Source: Raillietiella orientalis (lineage: Eukaryota). From it: a DNA stretch of 64,000 nt. The stretch covers positions 1,550,001 through 1,614,000 of the forward strand of contig JAYWIR010000023.1 in assembly GCA_036172245.1 (NCBI GenBank), written 5' to 3'. The translations under genes and the position numbers were made by a program. Below, piece by piece: positions 14,572 through 25,399 of this stretch (positions are counted from its first letter, which is position 1; each line of letters opens with the position of its first letter). The notes under the pieces are model-generated. The model searched no databases and had not been told where the DNA came from. It saw only the letters and a program-made list of their open reading frames with translations.

Positions 14572-14665
14572 GGATTGATCAGTGGATCTGATTAGTGGAT
14601 CGCTGCAACTTTCCGGCAGGATTGATCAGTGGATCTGATTAGTCGATCGCTGCAACTTTCCGGCA
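14572..14665. repeat. Tandem duplication, 2 x 47 bp
   Basis: GGATTGATCAGTGGATCTGATTAGT(G/C)GATCGCTGCAACTTTCCGGCA at 14572-14618 and 14619-14665 with one mismatch, directly abutting the foldback element. Confidence 0.92.
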
Positions 14666-14666
14666 C

Positions 14667-15922
14667 TCGAAGCCCCGAAAGACCACAAAAAGTAAACACA
14701 CGCGTGCTCGTTCTTCATACATGGGGTAATGTACAAAGTTATTTTTACTATATGTAGTTATTCCTGTTTATTAACAGACATATTATTAACATTAATGTTA
14801 TTAAGATTTCATGTCACACATTTTATTAATAAAATAATTAATTGTTGATTGTGCTGTATATTCAAGATTATGGGAAATGTATATGAACATTATATACATT
14901 ACAATTTATAGATGATATAAACATGTACATATATATGTGTGGATGCATATAATAAGCGTATTTATTTTGTATGATCTCCGTGGTGCATATTAATTCTTAA
15001 ATGAATCTTTATATAAATATATACATAATAAGCATATGTATTTATTTCCTATAATCTCCAATATATATATATATATATATATCAGCAATGCAATCAACAA
15101 CGTATGAATTAAACGTAAAATAAACTAAATCTATAATATTCACAAATATATCCAATAACATTGCTGTTAATAATATGTATGTTTACAAATAGGAATAACT
15201 ATGTATAGCAAAATGGCTCTGTATATTAATCTATGTGAAATGTGCATGTATACTTATTTTTTATAATCCTGACAATATATACCAATTCATATATTAATCT
15301 TTGCATGAATATATATATATATCAATAGATGTAATAAGCACATGCATTTTTTTCCTAGAATCTCTAACATATGTATATATCAACAGTGCAATCAACAACG
15401 CATGAATTGTATTGATAAAATATACGTCACTGAATCTTAATAAATGTGGCACCTCGGTACTCGATGGCGTAGGAACTCCTCAAACTCAGTACTCGTCGCA
15501 TTTTGACGAATAAAAAAAAAAGTTCCGACACTCGGCGCATGCTCGGTACTCGACACCCCGCTATCGTGATGAAGCATGTGAACACTTCAGTCTCGTGGCA
15601 GATCGCGTACAGCTCCGAACACTTCCAGGGAGAGCCCCCCGAGTTGTTCCTTTTTGTGTGCTTTGCGTGCATTTTAAGTGTTAATCATGGTTATGTGAAA
15701 GATTCGTTCGGTACTCGTCGGTTTCGGCACTTGTTCCGGAACGAATTACCAACGACGAGTACCGAGGTACCACCGTATCTGGTCCAGTGGCATTACTGTT
15801 AGTAACATGTCTGTTGATAAATGGAAATGAAAATATGTATTCAAGTAAATTTGTGCATTAATCTGCGTAGAACAAGAGCGTGTGTTTATTTTTTGAGGTC
15901 TTCCGGGATTCCGATCGTTCGG
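14667..15922. mobile_element. AT-rich foldback / long-TIR non-autonomous DNA element, copy 1 (right arm internally duplicated, nested MITE)
   Basis: Left end CCCGAAAGACCACAAAAAGTAAACAC...GTGCTCGTTCT is the imperfect reverse complement of the right end AGAACAAGAGCGTGTGTTTATTTTTTGAGGTCTTCCGGGATTCCGATCG. Colinear with 38472-39126. Confidence 0.85.
15445..15777. mobile_element. MITE of about 330 bp with Tc1/mariner/pogo-type termini, nested in the foldback element
   Basis: TIRs GTGGCACCTCGGTACTCG ... CGAGTACCGAGGTACCAC followed by CGTA, with internal GTACTCG repeats. The equivalent site in copy 2 (GAATCTTGATAAATATAACCGGTCC, about 38966-38990) is empty. Confidence 0.85.
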
Positions 15923-15929
15923 AATTCGA

Positions 15930-18170
15930 AGCAGGTCCCTGGAAGATACCCTCCTACTGCCTCCTTCTGCCAGACATCACTAGGGGGCCCTTCCCTCCGT
16001 TTCCTTTGCTCCTAATTTTGCACCGCTCTCGCATCCTTCCTCCGAGGAGATCGGTTTCGATGGGAACCGAAAAGAGGCACTGCTCGTCGCGGGGGACAGA
16101 GATGAATGGGCGCAGTCCTGTTCCTCCGGAGCTCTTCGGTCGCGCGGGAAGCGCCGACAGGGAAGCCGAGGTGAAGGGGAGAGCGCTGGCTCCCAGCTGC
16201 CACTCAAGCTCTTCGGAGAGCGCCTTCAAGTCCACCGACCAGAGGCGACGACGATGGAGATGGTGGTTGCCGTGGCGACAGCGGGCAGTGGAGGTCGAGT
16301 TCGGAGGAGGAGCAGAGGAGGCAGCTTTCGGGAGGTCGTAACTGACCGCCGCACCAACGGGATGGCGTGGGAGAGCGATGGGAAGACGCGCACCAGGCGG
16401 GCGACGGCGGGAGTCCTGCCTTGGGCTTCACAGCTGGAGATTCCTGGGGTTCGAGAGGCAGGGGAAGGCGGCCAGGGTACCCGTCTCATCCTCGTCGGAA
16501 TGCCGGAAAGACCATCCGAGAGCATCCTGATGATATGGCAGCATCCCAGATTCCCTCGAACGAGTCGCTCCTCCCTCTCCCGGAAGCTCTGGAGAGCGCG
16601 AGCTTTCAGGATCTTCACCCCCACCCAGGCCGATCCCGTCCCGCAGAAGGGGGGGAGGGGGCATCAGATGGCACACTGCCTCCATTCCCGGCTGTTCGAG
16701 TCCAGAATGTCCCGCAAGGAAACGAACGGGTAGCGGAACGACAGCCCTGCAGCCAGAGGGTGGACCCATTTGGGCCACCAGGGCCCGTTTCAGAAGAACC
16801 CGGAGACCGCCTTGATCCTGCTACCACTGGCTCCTGAGGCCGTCTGGGGAGCCCTACTTTCCCGGAGGTTCCAGCTGATGCAAGCGCCCGTCCCTGGATG
16901 CGGCGCTCCCGAGCTCTCCCGGTCCGACGGAGGAGTCTCCGAGCCGCCCACGTTGACGGAGGAGCGGTAGCCGAGCGACTCCTGTTGGGGATTCACCCAA
17001 GACCCCGGGTTGGGCTCTTCCCTGGGGCCCTCTGGAGCTGTCCCGGGAACCTGATCTCCCGCGATCCCAGGAAGGGAGTGTCCAGAGAGCACCGCTGGGG
17101 GGGGTAGCAAGCACACCAGTCGTGAGAGGGAGGGGGAGAGGTGCGCCCCCTCCTCATCCCCCGTTGCAGGGTGCCGCCTCCGCGGATGAAAGCGTTGGGA
17201 GCGCCGTGGGGCCCGCGGCGGAAGGAGGAACCAACAGGAGCTCTTGGCGCGCATCCACCGACAGCCCTGCGGCCAGTGATCCCTCCCTCCGTCCCGGCGT
17301 TCCGAGGGGCATTTCTTCTTCTCGCGGGTAGCCTCCCCCTTCAACCTCTCCCCAAGGATCCCTATTTTCCTCTTGTCTCTGCTGACAATTGGCTCAAGGG
17401 AAAAAGTCCTTCCTGTGCGCTGGAACAGCTACCATTTTAGTTTCTTTTCCTCCCTGCTCCTCCTTCTCCTCCTCGGGCTCCCCACTCCTTTCCTTCCCAT
17501 TCCCACATCTCATCTTCAGCTTTCTCCTTCTGTCTGCCCTGCTCCTCTCGCCATCCAGCATCTCATGCTTGCTGGAAAGCCCTATGAAAATGTTCTCCTG
17601 GGATTCTGGCGAACCCCGGAAGATGTCGCTCAGCTTCGCACTCAGTTTCCTCTCTCAGTCTCCACCCAGGCATGGATCCCTTTTTTGCCCGGAGGGGGAG
17701 GGAGAAATACGGCCCTCCCTTCTCGTGCTGTCCCTTCGCAGGAGCTTCTCGCCATCTCCTCTCCTGGAGAAAACGTCTCCCGCGCTTCCTTGCTCAGGGC
17801 GCGCGTGGGAAATGGCGATCGTCCCGACGGCAGACGGCCATTCCCGCAGGAAACCGCGCTCCTCTTCGCATAATCCGAGCGCAGGAGAGGATAAGGAATT
17901 CGTCTTCAACAGTCCCCACGAGGGAGAAAAGGACGTTGCATTACCAAGTGAAGCAGCCGGATGAGCGGGCAGCGAGACCGAGGGAAGCAGAGGAATGGAA
18001 GTGAAGGGAATTCCTAGGCATATGGTCGAAGGAGAGAACTCAATCTATAAATTCCTGGGGAAACGCAAGGTCCTGGAGTCCTTCGGTCGCGGAACATCTC
18101 CAGATGCACGCGCTTTTGTCGGAACGCTGCGATCTCCACCCCTCTGGCAGCGCTCTCTGAGGGGACTTTC
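15930..18170 (+). mobile_element. Decayed LINE ORF2 relic (N-terminal half of RT)
   Basis: WLKGKSPS (about 17390; KspG), FPLSVSTQAWIPFLPGG (Q.gF.pG) and KGIPRHMVEGENSIY (GfP...lY) appear in RT order. Confidence 0.42.
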
Positions 18171-19100
18171 TAAGATTCATTGAAAGGCCGCAGGAAGCCG
18201 CCAGATGGTATCCTGCGCTCGAGACCGATCGGCCGAGTAGCAGCCCAGAGTTGGAGGGAGGGGTGAAGGCTGCACCAAGAGGCGAAATCAGTCCCTAAGA
18301 AAAGGACCACGAGAGAAGCATGAGGACAGGAAGTCATATAAAGAGCAAGGGGGGACCAGGATGAGGAGGAGGAGAGAGAAGAAGAGAAGAAATGGGAGCT
18401 TGGAAAAGAGATGCTGCTTTTGGAGCTTCTGGCTGCTCCAGAGGCGGCGTGCACAAAGCGAGAAGGAGTGGTCAGGAATGGCGCAGAGGGATGGTGCTGA
18501 GTGATCCGTGGCTCGTGGGTCTTGCGGTCCAGCGTACCGATGGAAAAGCATCCCCGAAGAATCAGAGTAGGGGAACTTCGTGTCGATCGCTGTCGACGAG
18601 GTCCCTGACCGATCACCTGAGCACGCGAACCGCCCATTTCCTCTCCTCTTCAGTCCACACTGAGAGTACTCTCGGGAAGATGGGGATCAGGGAGAGAGGA
18701 CCCTGCAGGTTTAAGTCTTGAGGATCCTCTGAGTGCTTCTGCATCTTCTCCACCCCATGCACTTGCCTCCTCACACTCCTCTGGGGCCTCCTCTTTCCAC
18801 TTTGATCTTAGCCAAAAGACCGAGACGCAACGGCGCATTCTGGCACTCCTACCCATTGAGGACCTCCTCTGGCTAGGTGCGCCCTTCCGCGCATGTACTG
18901 CATCCCGAAAGCTTGCCAAAGACATGCAGTAGCGGAAAGAGCAGAGCTCGGAGTGGAGGGTCTCTTCGAAGGGACAATGCCGAAAAGCCGCCTAGGAAAG
19001 CCCTCGAATCCAGCTCGTGGTGTGTGTTTAGAGGCCGTCGTCTCTCAATGGTAGGAGGAGGTGGGGGGAATGGTGATGGGAGGAATGGTAGAGACGGAGG
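18170..19100 (-). mobile_element. Decayed LINE RT N-terminal fragment, convergent with the previous relic
   Basis: Minus ORF 18170-18637 ends ASLVVLFLG...WAATRPIGL (i.li.K...yRPIsL). Confidence 0.35.
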
Positions 19101-21899
19101 AAGCACGGCTGCGCTGCCACACACCACGTTTCATTTTGTTTCATTTCGTTTTTTTCGGGTGAGGAGGAAGGGGACGCAGGCGTGATGACGTCACGCTCGG
19201 TGTATCGGGGCACTGGAACGGGGCCAGGCTGGTCCCTGCCAAACCCAGCTCTTGCCTGCCCGCCTACGCCGCCCGATCAGCGTAGGCAGGCGGGTGGGTG
19301 GGAGGAGCTTGTAGCTTCCGAAGGACGTGGCACTTTCTAGGAAACTCCTCTGCAACCCATGGAAACTGCGTTGTCTCAAACCAAGGTCTCCTCTCTCGCG
19401 TGCCTTCCAAGTAAGCAGAGGTCCTACCCACACTCCATCCCTAGGCACGCCTCCTTTGGGAACCCCAAGGGCTCGCCTGAAGAGCGTACAAGAGAGCGGA
19501 GCGGATTACGACGACTCCCGGGACTCTGGCCCCTGTCTCCCTCCTCTGGAAGAGAACGGGTGAATGCTACCTCGGAACGACTGCCTTCCACCTTCCTGTT
19601 CTCCAACGCCCACCTCCTTCCCCGCAGGACTGGAATGCCTAGAGAGAGTGAGGGAGAGAGAGAGGGAAGAAAAAAAACGCCCCGGAGGACATCCTGGATA
19701 GTCTCTGCGTCTTGTCTTACAGACATGGGAGTATCCCTCTTCCCTACACCTCGCAAACTCCGTACCCTGTGACAGCTGGCCCCCTTCCCCCGTTCCCATG
19801 CCTACGCGAAATCGATTGCGCGAGGTGCGTGTGTGCTCGTGAGCACAGGGACGAATCCCCACACTTCGGGAACTGGACCTGTAGATTCCAGAAGGCTTGC
19901 TTGAATGGCTTTCTTGCTTTCCCCCTCGCCCCCTTCCTCCTCCCCCGTGCACCCACGCATTCCCTGTCTTTGGGGTGATGGAGGCCTGCTGTCCAGCCGG
20001 ATCCGCGGGGATTCCCGAAACAGAATGAAGGAGCAGAAACTTCACGGAGCCTGGATCTTCCTGGAGGCTCCTCCTCGTAAGCCAGCGAGCCCGGGACAAG
20101 GCTCGTCCAACCCCCCTCCCCCCAGTTGGCCGATCTCTGACTGCGTGAGCGAAGCGCGCGCTTCGAACCATCGTTGCTCATTGTTGTGCCCACCTATTGT
20201 CGTAAACAATGGGGAACTCGGCTGAGCGGCGTGCGAGCTCCCTGAATCCGCTCTGGCCATTGTTGTTCATCGCAGCTGACTTTTCTCACTTTTCTTCGGT
20301 CTTCCCCAGCGGCTGGTACACTTCCGCATCCGTCGGAGAGGCCGACGACTCATGCAAACCCCCAGAACGGGACGCTCTGCCCACTTGGGGTCACCCGCCG
20401 ATGGGCACTTTACGCTTTCGGAGGGCCGCGTTTCCTAGCCCGACAACGAGGAGGGAAACTCGAGAGCGTTCGTGGAAGCTCCGCTTCCCGGGACTACTTC
20501 TGCTGATGAACGGAAAGCGGCTTCACGGATGCAGGCGGCTTCTGGAGATCTGGGATCGGGGAGAGGTGGCATGGAGATTCCCAGCTTTAGCGCGGTTGTC
20601 CCGGAGACTGGGAAGAGAAGGACGGCCGACCGATCCCAGGTCTCGGAATCCTTAGTGCCTGGAACATCCCTGAAGGGATGTCTCCGCTCCGGAGGACTCT
20701 CTCGATGTTCCGCAACGGGAAGCGGGAAAAGTGCGCGCACGAGCACGCCAACACGCTCGCAGCTGCGCACTCCTGGGCGGCTCGCGTCAACTGTGCGCGT
20801 GCGCGCGCAGCAGTGCACAAACATGGCTGCTCCACCCTCGGAAAGACCCGACGACGAAGCTGCTGGCTGCGTTCAGGCATTCCTGACGCGATACGCCAGA
20901 GTCCAGAACTCCCGCGGCAGACGTGAACTGCGCGCGCGCGGGCGAAACAGCAACCGGTTAGGGATGGACTGCCAGGGAAGGCGGGAGGAGAGACGGGACA
21001 GGGGGGAACCGGAGAAGGGAAGTGGGGGGAAGACGGTGACGGGAAGAAAGGCGGCCTCAAGGTCGATCCGAAATAAAAGGAGGAGACTCCGTTTCACACG
21101 AGGTTGTCCCGGGAGACGCTCCGCTGCTCCATCCTGGCTCCTTGCCGCCCTCGGAGTGGGACCGGGCAGAAAAAGGAAGGGGCAAGCAGGAAGTGGAAGG
21201 AGGTTCTCCATCGGAACGCGAAGGACTAAAGCGCAGCGCTCGCGAAAGAGACCACGCAACACCTACGTGGCGAGTGCTCTGCGACAAGAAGCGCGCTCTC
21301 TGCTCCAGCTCCTCCCCGGTGAGCGGGACCGCCCACCTCCTCCAAATGGGAGCCGACAAGGAGGTGACACTATCTTCTCATGCAGGAAGATTCGGCCTTT
21401 TTTCCCCTCGGGGAGGAGCTGCTGGTCTCGGAGAGGAGGTGCCCATCGGCAGCTCTCTTTCCCAGGAAAAAGAGGGAGAGGGAGAGATGGTCGTCTTTGC
21501 CAGCTCGGACTCCTGTTCTCTTCTCAGACTCCTGCACAGCAGTTCGCCCGCAACCCCCGCAGAAGCGCCCAGCATCCATCGGCCTCACCACTCGCGTCGC
21601 TGCCGTCGGTCACGCACGATAGCTCCACAACCGTCTTCCATCCCCGAAGGCTTTCCCCTCTGGAGGTTCCGGTCTTCCTCTCTGGGATAAAGGATGCAAG
21701 GTACGTTCAGGCTGTAACAGTCAATGTTGAGTGCCTCGAAGCCACGGAGGGAACCCTCTGGGCTCTGGAAGAAGAGATCGCCTTGGAGTCCATGTCGACG
21801 GAGGCTGTGGCCCCGATCAGTTGTTCCCGAATCCGCTCCCCTACTCCTACTGCTGCTTCCTCCACGAAAGGAAGCCTGATAGGGACGCTAGAACCTAAC

Positions 21900-23450
21900 G
21901 GAAAAACTTTCCTGAAAGAAGGAAAAGACACCTGGAATTCAGCGTGAGGTCGATGATGGCAGCAGCTCTCTCTCGCTTTCTGCTACGAAAAAAAAAAACA
22001 AAACAAAAAACCTGAGGTCTCTCCTGCCTGAGGTGAGCGGCGAGAGAAGTTTCCGGAAGTCTACAGATGCAAATGATGATCGAAAGGAAAAAGAGGAGGA
22101 GGAAGAGAAAAAGAAGACGGGGGACCAACCGAGAGGCGTCGCGCAACCGCCGAACAACGCGTGTTCACGGGACAAGCCGGACGGGCAGACGAGGCTGTCC
22201 TCCGGCACGAAAGAAGTCATGCGCACAGCTCCCGAAGCGGCCTTTGGTTAAGAGAATCCTTTCTGGCATGGAAAGGACAGCAGCACTGAATCCACGCCTC
22301 CCAAAGCCTCACTGGTCTGCGGCAGTGTTCCGCCAGATGGAAGCTCCAAGGCTCTATTCGAAGCACCTGCCGAATCAACGGCGCCACGTTTCTGCTCTCT
22401 CCTACCCCATCGCCTCCCGTAGAAGGGCCGCGATCCACGGAAGGAGATATCCCTTCGGGAACAAAAGGCGAGCGTTGTCTTCGGTGAGAGGACGCCATGA
22501 CCCTCCGGCATGAGGAGTGCTTTACGTTGGCTGCAGGGCCGCTGGCCACCAAGCGTCTTCCCTTGCATCTTGGTTTCCTGGGAACAGCATCTTCATTCGG
22601 AGAGCAGCAACGTCCGAGCCAATTGGATTTTAAGGATGACGAATGGGAGCGGTTCGTCCTCACCAAGAAGGCGTGCGACAACCGCTCCTGGGAAACCATG
22701 TGTCTTTATTTCATATAGCTCGTTTCCTAACGGAGGGGATGCTGGAAGAAACCGACGGAAACGCAGATTCTGGCTCCACCTTCGCGAATCCTGACGAAAT
22801 GTACCGAACAGACAATCATCTCGAGTTCTTGGTATTAAACTTCACTTCTAAAGGACTAATGGACCCGGAAAGATTCCTGATAAAAAAAGGATACATGATG
22901 GGATGTGTTCCGAGTGAGGAGGACTCTTTATTTTCCTTTCGCTCTCTCACACGAGTACCAACTCCTCCGGTGGCGTGGTATATTCTCCAAGGAAGCTCAA
23001 CGCAAATGTTTATCAGAGACTGCAGACTATTTATAAGGAACTCCTCATCGAAAAGGAATCCAAAGGGAGGAAGACAAATGATCTCGAAGATGGATGGAAT
23101 CTGGGAAGCGAACCTCAGGTTGGTAACCACTAAGAATCAAAGTTCAAGTGCGCCTTTAAAAGGCACCAAATCAATCCTTATTGCTAACTTCATTGGCAGT
23201 GAATCCCTCCTTTTTTGGCAAAAATCCAAAGAAGGATCCTGGAAAGGAATTTCTGCATGCAGCAGCAGCAGTGAAAAGGTACTCTTGGAAGCGCTCCCAA
23301 AAAAGCTCTGAGGAAAAACAAAACGAAGAATCCTTTAATGAGAAGAAGAAATCGAAAGGAAGCTCCGAGATGTTCCGATGCACGCTGAAAAGTGGAGTGA
23401 TGACACCAACTTATGGGAACCTTATATCTCCCTGAAGTATTTCGAGTCTC
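21900..23450 (-). mobile_element. Decayed LINE RT relic
   Basis: Ordered remnants on minus: FDEEFLINSLQSL...ELPWRIY (domain 0), GSISPLEVKF (RPISLlN), ERLSHAFLVRT (Drv.H.fL) and PEGHGVLSPK (QG.PLSP). Confidence 0.5.
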
Positions 23451-24236
23451 TTTGCATCAGGGAGTTTCGTCTGACGTTTCTCCTTCAGTAACAAATGAGA
23501 ATGAGCCATCGTAAGAGACCGAAGACACCGTCACTTAATGAAGACACCGTCATGAGATTGAGCCATCATTAGCGTTCTCTGTCTGTCTTTCTCTCTCTCA
23601 AGATATGATAACGATGCTCATGTTGACCGCAGGAGGTAGAAAATTCCATGTTGGATGAATGAAGCTGCATAAGACGAGAGATGAGAGAAAGCGAAGATCA
23701 GAGAAACGAAGAAGCGTTCTAGAAAACATGGAGCACGCACCGATTGTTAAAGCATCATGAGGTCCTGCAAACTTTTTTTTCTTTTTTTTTTTCCAGGAAG
23801 GCTCAGAAATCGGCGAATTCTCTTCGGAATCTCGATAGAATTCTCGACAGTTCTTGTATGACCCTATGAGACAGACCTCGGAGAGTCTGCATCATCGGCA
23901 GGCGTCGCCTGACCACTGCGTTCCTCGTAGAAAGTGAATATGAAATGAATCACATGGACGACTGCATCCACCATCTCGACACGAAGAACAACCCTCCTTA
24001 GGTGACCACAACAACTTCCATGCATATGACATGCCAAACGGATACGGTGCCATGGAGGAACCTCCAATCCCTAAAGCCATTGTACCTCTTAAGCGTTGGC
24101 CATCATCCCAACTATTCACGCGTCAACTCATGCAGAAAAGATACACATCCAGGCGACGTGGGTTTGGTTGAGTGACCTGAAAACAGCCGATTCTTGTTCA
24201 ATAATTGGGCTGGTATGAGGGGACATCGTTACTTTT

Positions 24237-25380
24237 CACCCGAATTCGCCAAGTCGTTTATTATAAAAAAAAATAAATATATATGCATATATATTTACAA
24301 TAAGCAGTCGCGAGATTGGTAAAGTAGTCGTCCCTTGGTAGCGGGTTCGATCCCGCTACTTCATTTCTGGCTGAAAGCAGTCTGCCGGTAGAGGTTTGCT
24401 CAAAGAAAGTTGAAAGGGCAGGGCAGGGCAGGGTAAACACAACAGCAAAAAAAAATTATGAACATGGCTGGGGGGGAGGAAGGGATCTTAGATGTCTCTC
24501 TGGTATCCTCATCATCCTTTCCAGGATGCCAGCAAGTTCCTCTTTGTGCTGTTGAAGATGCGGTCTTCTAGTGGACTCTCCTGTTCGGGAGATCGCGATC
24601 TGCATTGTGTCTCTGGTCTGCTGGTCTCTTCCTCTGTGACTTCTTGCTGCCACGGCTTCAAGGAAGCAGCACGAGGCTGCGATGGCCGCCGCGGGCGACA
24701 TTCCACGCTTGAGGAGGCGTCCGAGCACATTCTTTACTCTGCGTCTTAGGAGTTGGACGTTCCTGTACGCTCCGGAGGGCAGCACACTTAGAATACCAGG
24801 TGCGGAAAGGTTTCCCGTTAGCCGCACCTGGCCCTGGAACACTGGAGCCACGCCTTCCCTGGCCCAGTGGTGACGGCATGAGTTGCATGGGGACAGCCCA
24901 ATGCAACTGCAACGCCGAGTCTTTCGGGGAAGCAGAAAACCGTTTGGAAGCACCTTGGAGACCTCCACCATATTCAAGGAGGTTTCCAGGAGACGCTCCC
25001 AGCGAAGACCTTCAGGATTGACAGCGGGAGGTGCACGCTTGAGCCAGAGCCATCCAGCATCTCAACAATCTTTTTCTTTTCTACAGTTTCTCAGGATACC
25101 TCCCAACCTGCACCGGTTGTCACTGTTATCGCTATCCCGCAGGCAAAACGGTGCTGTTGCAAGGGAGGCTAGAGAGCCGTGTCAGCGCGTGAGGGTACTG
25201 AGAGCATGGCAACGGGAATGTGGGCCTTCTCTTCCCGGATCGCTGAGCCGTTTGTTCAAAATGAACACATAGAGAAGGTTCCTGAATGCATGGGAGGAAT
25301 GAGGGAATGGCGTTCCCATCATTTCCTCAGTCCCCTCCTTGCCAACCAGGGCTTCATCCACAACGACGATCTCAATTAAG
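24237..25380 (-). mobile_element. L1/Tx1-like LINE 3' fragment with intact 3' UTR and terminus
   Basis: ORF 24456-24977 has CIGLSPCNSCRHHWAREGVAP... and KEELAGILERMM, homologous to 61060-61537. It is followed on minus by a T-rich UTR, CCGGCAG, a hairpin and AATAAA (24257-24262). Confidence 0.72.
24304..24363 (+). other. tRNA-like / Pol III promoter-like segment (A-box-like plus B-box hairpin) antisense within the LINE 3' UTR
   Basis: TCGCGAGATTGGTAAAG (A-box-like) is followed by the perfect stem-loop GTAGCGGG-TTCGAT-CCCGCTAC (24338-24359) containing GGTTCGATCCC. Too short for a cloverleaf. Confidence 0.5.
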
Positions 25381-25399
25381 AAAGGGTCTGGAATGTGCC

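Noticed and set aside
14572..14665. CRISPR-like array (also considered for 43107-43508 and the GTACTCG repeats at 15445-15777)
   Set aside because: Only two units, no regular unique spacers, no cas genes, and the context is eukaryotic.
20472..21947. 491-aa + strand ORF, the longest in the window
   Set aside because: Arg/Ser/Gly/Pro-rich with no domain and no codon bias. It is open because the DNA is GC-rich. Part (about 20700-20960) resembles a decayed LINE C-terminus.
22643..23311. 222-aa + strand ORF as a host exon
   Set aside because: The opposite strand carries ordered RT motif remnants, so this is most likely an antisense shadow.
24304..24363. Functional tRNA gene
   Set aside because: The T-arm-like hairpin is present but there is no room for an anticodon arm and no acceptor stem. 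Retained only as a tRNA-like module.
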